Positions 57,315 to 64,000 of a DNA stretch of 64,000 nucleotides are shown here, one piece after another. The notes below the pieces were generated by a model that worked only from the letters and a program-made list of their open reading frames with translations, was not told the DNA's origin and did no database searches. The stretch covers positions 1,880,608 through 1,944,607 of the forward strand of contig CAVXSP010000001.1 in assembly GCA_963764505.1 (NCBI GenBank), written 5' to 3'. Both the position numbers and the translations under genes were made by a program. How positions within the stretch are numbered: position 1 is the stretch's first letter; each line of letters starts with the position of its first letter. The DNA is from an uncultured Acidobacteriota bacterium. Its GTDB lineage: Bacteria; Acidobacteriota; Vicinamibacteria; Vicinamibacterales; SCN-69-37.

Positions 57315-59264
57315 ATGCTGGTGGTAGGCACGGCCGGCCACATCGACCACGGCAAGAGCGCGCTCGTCCGGGCGCTGACCGGTACGGATCCCGATCGGCT
57401 CAAGGAAGAGAAGGCGCGCGGGATCACGATCGATCTGGGGTTCGCGCACCTGACCCTCGGCGATTTGCAGGTGGCGTTCGTCGATGTCCCGGGACACGAG
57501 CGATTCGTCCGCAACATGCTCGCGGGGGCCGGCGGTATCGATGCCGTGCTGCTCGTCGTGGCGGCCGACGAATCGGTCATGCCGCAGACCCGCGAGCACT
57601 TCGAGATTTGCCGGCTGCTCGGGATCTCCCGCGGTCTCGTCGTGCTCACCAAGGCGGATCTGGTCGATGCCGACACGCTCGGAATCGCCGAGCTCGACGT
57701 TCGCGAGCTCGTGCGCGGAAGCTTCCTGGCGCACGCGCCCGTGCTTCCCGTGTCGTCGAAGACCGGGGCCGGGCTCGGCCCGCTGCGCACAGCGCTGCAG
57801 GTGCTCGGCGCCGCACCGCCGTCGCCCGCCAGACCCGGCGTCGTCAGGCTGCCCGTGGACCGCGTCTTCAGCGTCAGGGGCTTCGGGACGGTCGTGACGG
57901 GGACGCTCGTGTCCGGGACGGTGGCCGAGGGGGACGAGCTGGCCGTGCTCCCCGAGCTCCGTCGGGTCCGCGTGCGCGGGCTCCAGGTACACGGCCGACC
58001 GGCCTCGCACGTCACCGCGCCGTCGCGCGCCGCGCTGAATCTGGGATCGATCGAGACGGCCGATCTCGCGCGCGGAGTGACGCTCGCGACGCCAGGCGCG
58101 ATGCCGGTCACCCGCCGCGTCGACGTGCGCCTGCGGCTGATCGTCGACGTGAAGCCGCTGCTCCATGGCGCGCGCGTGCGCGTTCATCACGGCACGGGCG
58201 AAATTTCGGCGCGCGTGGCGCTGGCGGCCATCCGCCAGGCCGGTGCCGGCGAGGCGTGGACGCCGATGAAGGCGGGCGAGCGCGGCGGGGCGGTTCCCGC
58301 AGGCGGCGAGGCATACGCCCGCCTTCGGCTGGAGCGTCCGGCCGTCCTGACGCGCGGCGACCGTTTGGTGCTGCGGACCTTCTCGCCGCCGCAGACGATC
58401 GGCGGCGCCGTCGTGCTCGACCCGGAGCCGCCGGGGAGCGGCGTGCGCCGTCCGGCCGTGCTGGCCCGGTTCCAGGGCATGGATCCCGAGGCGTCGGGCG
58501 ACGCGTTCGCGCGCACCTGGATCCAGGAGGCCGGCGCTCGAGGGCTGGCGGCGGCCGATCTGATCCGGCGCGGCGGGCAGGATCCCGCTGCGGCGAACGC
58601 GCTGCTCGAGACCCTTCGGGCCGAGAGCAAAGCGGTGTCGATCGGCGAGCGGCTCGTGGATGCGGACGTCGTGGAGGCACTCGAGACGGGCGTGCAGAAG
58701 GCTCTCGAGCGCTTTCACGAGGCCCGCCCGCGCGAGCGCGGCATCCCCCGCGAATCGCTACGCGAGGCGGTCGCGCGACGCGCGCCGCCGGAGGTGTTCG
58801 ATGCGGTCGTCAAGTCCCTCCTGGCGCGGCAGATCGTCGTCGGCCGCGATCGTCTCGCGCTGCGGTCGTGTGAGGCGGCGCTGGATTCAGAGACAGAGGG
58901 CACGCGCGCGTCGGTGGAGACGATCCTGCTCGACGCCGGCCTGATGCCGCCCGACGCGGCCGGGCTGCAGGCGGCGCTGCGACTCGCGCCCGATGCGCTC
59001 GCGCCCATCGTGCACGTGCTCGTGCGGGACCAGCGGGTGGTCCGCGTCGGCTCGCTGCTGTTCCACGCCGAGGCGCTGGCACGCCTCCGCGAGGATCTCC
59101 AGGCGATCAAGGCGCGCACCGCCAGCGCCGCGCCAGCGGAGATCGACGTCGCCACGTTCAAGGCGCGCTACGGATTGAGTCGCAAGTTCGCGATCCCGCT
59201 GCTCGAATGGCTCGACCAGCAACGGGTCACGAGGAGGGTTGGAGATCGCCGGGTGCTTCTCTGA
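57315..59264 (+). CDS. selB: Selenocysteine-specific translation elongation factor.
   Basis: The G domain has [16 protein letters not shown] and TKADL. The long C-terminal winged-helix region ends in [25 protein letters not shown]. Confidence 0.85.
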   Translation: MLVVGTAGHIDHGKSALVRALTGTDPDRLKEEKARGITIDLGFAHLTLGDLQVAFVDVPGHERFVRNMLAGAGGIDAVLLVVAADESVMPQTREHFEICRLLGISRGLVVLTKADLVDADTLGIAELDVRELVRGSFLAHAPVLPVSSKTGAGLGPLRTALQVLGAAPPSPARPGVVRLPVDRVFSVRGFGTVVTGTLVSGTVAEGDELAVLPELRRVRVRGLQVHGRPASHVTAPSRAALNLGSIETADLARGVTLATPGAMPVTRRVDVRLRLIVDVKPLLHGARVRVHHGTGEISARVALAAIRQAGAGEAWTPMKAGERGGAVPAGGEAYARLRLERPAVLTRGDRLVLRTFSPPQTIGGAVVLDPEPPGSGVRRPAVLARFQGMDPEASGDAFARTWIQEAGARGLAAADLIRRGGQDPAAANALLETLRAESKAVSIGERLVDADVVEALETGVQKALERFHEARPRERGIPRESLREAVARRAPPEVFDAVVKSLLARQIVVGRDRLALRSCEAALDSETEGTRASVETILLDAGLMPPDAAGLQAALRLAPDALAPIVHVLVRDQRVVRVGSLLFHAEALARLREDLQAIKARTASAAPAEIDVATFKARYGLSRKFAIPLLEWLDQQRVTRRVGDRRVLL

Positions 59265-59310
59265 GGACGCGATGCACCCGACGCACAATCGACGATCCCA
59301 ATCGACAGCT

Positions 59311-59324
59311 CAGGGCGCGCCCTG
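59311..59324. terminator. GC palindrome between convergent selB and tatA.
   Basis: CAGGGCGCGCCCTG is a perfect 14-nt palindrome, followed by an A/T-rich heptamer array. Confidence 0.4.
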
Positions 59325-59352
59325 AATTGTAAATTGCCAACCGCAAATTGTA
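59325..59352. repeat. AT-rich direct heptamer array (AATTGTA AATTGCC AACCGCA AATTGTA).
   Basis: Read directly from the sequence. It shares the 12-mer AATTGTAAATTG with the complement of 45268-45279. Confidence 0.8.
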
Positions 59353-59356
59353 AGTG

Positions 59357-59518
59357 TCAGGCGTCCTTGTTGTCCCCGGTGCCTTCCCGTGTCGCGTCCT
59401 TGAAGTTCTTGATGCCCTTGCCGAGACCTCTGGCAAGCTCCGGCAGCCGGCTCGCACCAAAGATGAACACCAGGATGAGCAGAATGACGAGAAGCTCCGG
59501 AACGCCGATGCGGCCCAT
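59357..59518 (-). CDS. tatA: Twin-arginine translocase subunit TatA/E (53 aa; absent from the ORF track because it is under 60 aa).
   Basis: My own translation is [53 protein letters not shown], which matches the canonical TatA N-terminus. An SD-like GGGAG lies upstream. Confidence 0.85.
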   Translation of the reverse strand: MGRIGVPELLVILLILVFIFGASRLPELARGLGKGIKNFKDATREGTGDNKDA

Positions 59519-59557
59519 GTTCAAATGCTCCCGCCGGCCGGCGCCGGCAATCCATCG

Positions 59558-59566
59558 ATTCTACCA
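59558..59566 (-). promoter_or_regulatory. Candidate extended -10 element (TGGTAGAAT) upstream of tatA.
   Basis: The minus strand reads TGGTAGAAT, 40 nt upstream of the tatA ATG at 59518. Confidence 0.4.
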
Positions 59567-59751
59567 CCTTCGACGACCGGGAAACGTCACCGAACGGCGT
59601 GCCGAGCCGGCGTCTCGGGAGACGTGCGGCCGACCGGACACGCGCGACGTCCTAACCCGGTGACGCGCTGGATGCAGGTTGCCGGCCGCAGGCCCGTCCC
59701 AGGGGCATTCCTCTTGCAAGGAAGCGATTGGCAGACCTGGTGAGTATACTG

Positions 59752-60625
59752 ATGCAAGGCAGCCCGCCATCCATGGTCAGTTCCGAGTTTTCAGACGTGG
59801 GCTCGGTCCCGGGTCCCCCGCCCGAGCCCTCCGGCGGCGACAAGCCGACCGGTGCGTGGCTCGGGTCCCAGTCCATTTTCGATCAGAAGGACGAGCGCAA
59901 GATGGGTCGCGCGCTGACGACTTCGGTCGTCGTGCACGGCGTGCTCTTCGCTTTGATCGCCCTGGCCGGCATTCACCAGGTCGTGGAGCAGGTGAAGCAA
60001 TCGCCGCTGAAGTTCGACGTGGTCTTTCTGAAGGAGCCCGGACCGGGTGGCGGCGGCGGCGGAAGCCCCAAGCCGGCGCCGCCGAAGAAGCTCGAGATCC
60101 CGAAGCCGAAACCCGTCCAGCCCGTGCCCGTGCCGGCGCCTCCGCCGCCCGTGCCGCCTCCACCGACGCTCACCGCGCCCGTCCAGACGAACCTCGCCCA
60201 GACGCTGCAGGCCGAGGGGCTGAGCAGCGTATCGCTGGCGCCGGTTGGAGGGGGAGGGAGCGGCAGGGGAATCGGCCCCGGGCGTGGGAACGGACTCGGC
60301 GAAGGCGAGGGCGGCGGCACGGGCGGGGGAGCCTATCAGCCCGGCAACGGCGTCTCCTGGCCGACGCCACTTCGTCAGGTGGATCCGCAGGTACACCAGC
60401 GAAGCCATGCGGGCGAAGGTCCAGGGCGAGGTCCACCTCTCTGCCATCGTCGCCCCGAACGGAACGGTCACGAACATCAAGGTGGCCAAGTCGCTCGATC
60501 GCGTCTACGGTCTGGACGAGGCGGCCATCGACGCGGCGCGCAAGTGGCTCTTTTCGCCCTGCAAGAAAGAGAGCAAGGCCGTGCCCTGCCAGATCGAGAT
60601 GGTGCTGGAGTTCCGGCTGCACTGA
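59752..60625 (+). CDS. TonB-like energy-transducer protein. One apparent frameshift (an extra G) lies at 60391.
   Basis: A TM anchor (VVVHGVLFALIALAG) and a Pro-rich spacer (PKPAPPKKLEIPKPKPVQPVPVPAPPPPVPPPP) are followed by the TonB C-terminus YTSEAMRAKVQGEVHLSAIV...GLDEAAIDAARKWLFSP in the frame of ORF 60245..60625. The start is ATG 59752 or TTG 59728. Confidence 0.75.
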
Positions 60626-60627
60626 AG

Positions 60628-60662
60628 AAGCCAGAAGCCAGAAGCCAGAAGCCAGAAGCCAG
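60628..60662. repeat. Heptamer tandem array, 5 perfect units (AAGCCAG)5.
   Basis: Read directly from the sequence. The array starts 3 nt after the TonB-like stop and forms the left arm of a large inverted structure. Confidence 0.95.
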
Positions 60663-60680
60663 AAGCTTTCGCAAGAGAAA

Positions 60681-60712
60681 ACGGCCCGACTGGCATTCGC
60701 CAATCGGGCCGT
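60681..60712. terminator. Terminator hairpin between the TonB-like gene (+) and groEL (-).
   Basis: The arms ACGGCCCGA and TCGGGCCGT flank an inner TGGC/GCCA pairing. The minus strand continues with TTTTCTCTTG, so it is best oriented for groEL. Confidence 0.7.
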
Positions 60713-60727
60713 TCGTGTGTGAGACCT

Positions 60728-60755
60728 CTGGCTTGTGGCCTTTGGCTTCTGGCTT
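60728..60755. repeat. Inverted heptamer array, 4 units (CTGGCTT GTGGCCT TTGGCTT CTGGCTT), complementary to the array at 60628-60662.
   Basis: Read directly from the sequence. It forms the right arm and ends 9 nt from the groEL stop. Confidence 0.9.
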
Positions 60756-60763
60756 GACGAGTC

Positions 60764-62737
<1,974 letters not shown>

Positions 62738-62760
62738 GACTGTCCTCTCTCCTTGATGGG

Positions 62761-62782
62761 TCCGGGGCGCTTCGCCCCGCGG
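62761..62782. repeat. Second copy of the GC-rich hairpin element, in the groES leader.
   Basis: See 19397-19419. Confidence 0.7.
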
Positions 62783-62898
62783 CTCGCTCCAACGCGGGGC
62801 CGCAACGCCCGCTCCACTCCCTCGCGCCGCCCGGCGCCCCGGCCGCCTCGCTCCGTGCGCGCGGCTCACCGCTGCGCTCGTTCGCGCCCTCTCAAGTT

Positions 62899-62933
62899 CT
62901 GGCTTCTGGCCTCGAGCTTCTGGCTTCGAGCGG
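62899..62933. repeat. Heptamer array, about 5 units (CTGGCTT CTGGCCT CGAGCTT CTGGCTT CGAGCGG), within the groES 5' leader.
   Basis: Read directly from the sequence. In the transcript orientation it reads as AAGCCAG-type units. Confidence 0.8.
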
Positions 62934-62945
62934 AGGCCCGACGCG

Positions 62946-62970
62946 TAGCAGTCAGGAGCCCTGACTGTTA
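62946..62970 (-). promoter_or_regulatory. CIRCE-like operator copy 2. It shares three bases with copy 1.
   Basis: The sequence is TAGCAGTC-N9-GACTGTTA, with the same 9-nt spacing. Confidence 0.6.
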
Positions 62971-62994
62971 GCAGTCGGATTGACCGACTGCTAA
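62968..62994 (-). promoter_or_regulatory. CIRCE (HrcA operator) copy 1, proximal to the promoter.
   Basis: The sequence TTAGCAGTC-N9-GACTGCTAA is a perfect inverted repeat. It differs from the consensus TTAGCACTC-N9-GAGTGCTAA at one symmetric position. Confidence 0.85.
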
Positions 62995-63023
62995 TCATAT
63001 GGAAGGACGAAAAACCGTGTCAA
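62994..63023 (-). promoter_or_regulatory. Sigma70-type promoter of groES-groEL.
   Basis: On the minus strand it reads TTGACA (63023-63018), an 18-nt spacer, then TATGAT (62999-62994). It lies immediately upstream of the CIRCE operators. Confidence 0.7.
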
Positions 63024-63065
63024 GGACTTCCGGCACGGCCGTCGGAATCGGGCCGTTTCCGGCCC

Positions 63066-63548
63066 TCAGTGGGTCAGGTTCAGTTCCGATCCGTTCCGGC
63101 CGCCGTGCAGCACGCTCAAATCCGTGGCCCGCCGGCCTCCCCGGAACTGCTCCCGGCGATCCGGCCGGCCGATGTCGCGACGGTCCTTTGGCGGGAGGTC
63201 CGACGTGAGATACCGCCTCAAGGCGAACGGCACCCGACTTCGCGGCTCGTAGAAGGCGCCGGCGCGTTGCGCTTCGCGTCCGAGCTCGACGTCGGCGTCG
63301 GCCTCGCCGTACACCACGCAGGGCGCGCGGGGGTTGGCCAGCTTGCTCAAGTGCACCAGGTGGATGCCGTTGAAATCGCCCAGGCGCAATGCCGTCAGGA
63401 GCATGGCCGGCGCGAACGCCGCGATGTCCTGACGAGCCTCAGCGAACGACTGCCGGACGATGACGTCCCAGCCGGCCAATCGGGCGATGGTCTCGAGCCG
63501 GAAACCGAACGTCGGGTAAATGTCGACAATGAGGAGGAGACGCGGCAT
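63066..63548 (-). CDS. Receiver-like (probable pseudo-receiver) protein with a basic C-terminal tail.
   Basis: LLIVDI and LLTALRLGDFNG fit a REC-like layout, but Ala sits where the phospho-Asp is expected. The tail is Arg-rich. Confidence 0.45.
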   Translation of the reverse strand: MPRLLLIVDIYPTFGFRLETIARLAGWDVIVRQSFAEARQDIAAFAPAMLLTALRLGDFNGIHLVHLSKLANPRAPCVVYGEADADVELGREAQRAGAFYEPRSRVPFALRRYLTSDLPPKDRRDIGRPDRREQFRGGRRATDLSVLHGGRNGSELNLTH

Positions 63549-63801
63549 GGGGGGGCCGGCCGCTGCGTCGCAAACCTGCTGCCCGAATCAGCCGGTCGCG
63601 GGCCGATTGGCGCCGGCATGTCATAAAACGGGACAAACTCTCGCGATCTGGGCGGAGAGAGGGGCCGAATCCGCGCAAACGGCCGTGCGGGTCCTCCCGG
63701 GAAAGTCTCGGCGGCCGCGACCTTAGGTCTACTCCTTGGACTGGAGTGACGATTTCGCACGGAGACCGCGCACGCGCGGAGTGGGCGCGGAAGGTGGCCG
63801 G

Positions 63802-64000
63802 TCAGCAGGCCGATCGGTCGGCGACGGCCGCGAGCCGATCGGAGGCGGGCGCCTGCAGACGGGCGGGTACCGAGCGGAACCGCTGGAACGGCAGATGGCA
63901 GTCGTGCTTCCGGAGGAAGCTGAGGAAGCGCTTGTAGTCCTCGACCGGCATGTTGAAGAGCTGCACGAGCGAGCGGTAGTTGCCGTTGGTCCGCTCCAGG
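63802..64000 (-). CDS. 3' end of a hypothetical CDS whose start lies beyond the window edge.
   Basis: My own translation of the minus strand is ...LERTNGNYRSLVQLFNMPVEDYKRFLSFLRKHDCHLPFQRF...SAC*, ending at the TGA (63802-63804). The sequence is not Arg/Pro junk. Confidence 0.4.
   Translation of the reverse strand, partial: LERTNGNYRSLVQLFNMPVEDYKRFLSFLRKHDCHLPFQRFRSVPARLQAPASDRLAAVADRSAC

Noticed and set aside
59354-59743. Track ORFs 59354..59743(+) and 59310..59567(-) in the tatA region.
   Set aside because: Both are out of frame with, or antisense to, the 53-aa TatA reading frame, which has an unmistakable family signature. Their own translations have no recognisable features.
60628-60755. 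The heptamer arrays as a possible CRISPR array.
   Set aside because: The unit length is 7 nt with no spacers, the arrays are 28-49 nt long, and there are no cas genes. These are microsatellite-type repeats.
63066-63200. A PilZ-like c-di-GMP binding motif (RxxxR ... DxSxxG) in the C-terminal tail of the receiver-like protein.
   Set aside because: RDIGR fits RxxxR, but the second element (DLSVLHGG) does not match DxSxxG spacing, and the tail is too short for a PilZ barrel.

Overview
This is a high-GC (about 70% by eye) bacterial chromosomal segment, densely coding on both strands. I found no rRNA, tRNA, CRISPR array, transposase or integrase. The gene content and the many Gly/Arg-rich exported proteins suggest an Acidobacteriota-like soil bacterium, but that is only an inference.

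I support about 56 CDS. In window order they are:
- a partial TctA-family transporter, a standalone NRPS-like A-T protein, and rhaA
- a secreted triple beta/gamma-crystallin protein, DinB-like and PP2C proteins, a D-aminoacylase, an alpha/beta hydrolase, and a TPR protein
- a ClC channel, and an NfeD-stomatin pair
- a NarL-type two-component pair, an APC permease, and NhaP
- a tight 4-gene cassette (wHTH, two paralogous 3-TM proteins, and a divergent diadenylate-cyclase-like protein)
- tesA-like with ybbA/ybbP-like genes, then a DksA-family gene, a hypothetical gene and folK
- a 7-8 gene efflux supercluster (Spy/CpxP-like, TolC, MFP, RND, MFP, MacB ATPase, MacB permease, lipocalin-like protein)
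- ispH, an ECF sigma/anti-sigma pair, and SpoIID
- a hybrid histidine kinase with a sigma54 activator, gatB, and glycerate 2-kinase
- rnr, selB, tatA (missing from the ORF track), a TonB-like gene, groES-groEL, a pseudo-receiver, and a partial CDS at the 3' edge

Main second-look items:
1. The wHTH / 2x3-TM / DAC-like cassette (24821-26888) is a candidate uncharacterised nucleotide-second-messenger module.
2. A family of period-7 tandem repeats (GAAGCC[A/C], STTCGAA, AATTGTA) sits at gene boundaries. It occupies the groES leader and the groES-groEL spacer, forms inverted arrays around a bidirectional terminator, and forms the folK C-terminal tail.
3. At least 10 single-base frameshifts lie at short homopolymers, including one in essential gatB. 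These point to assembly indel errors rather than pseudogenes.
4. Two tandem CIRCE operators follow a strong sigma70-type promoter upstream of groES.

All functional calls come from motif and family recognition by eye. No searches were run.
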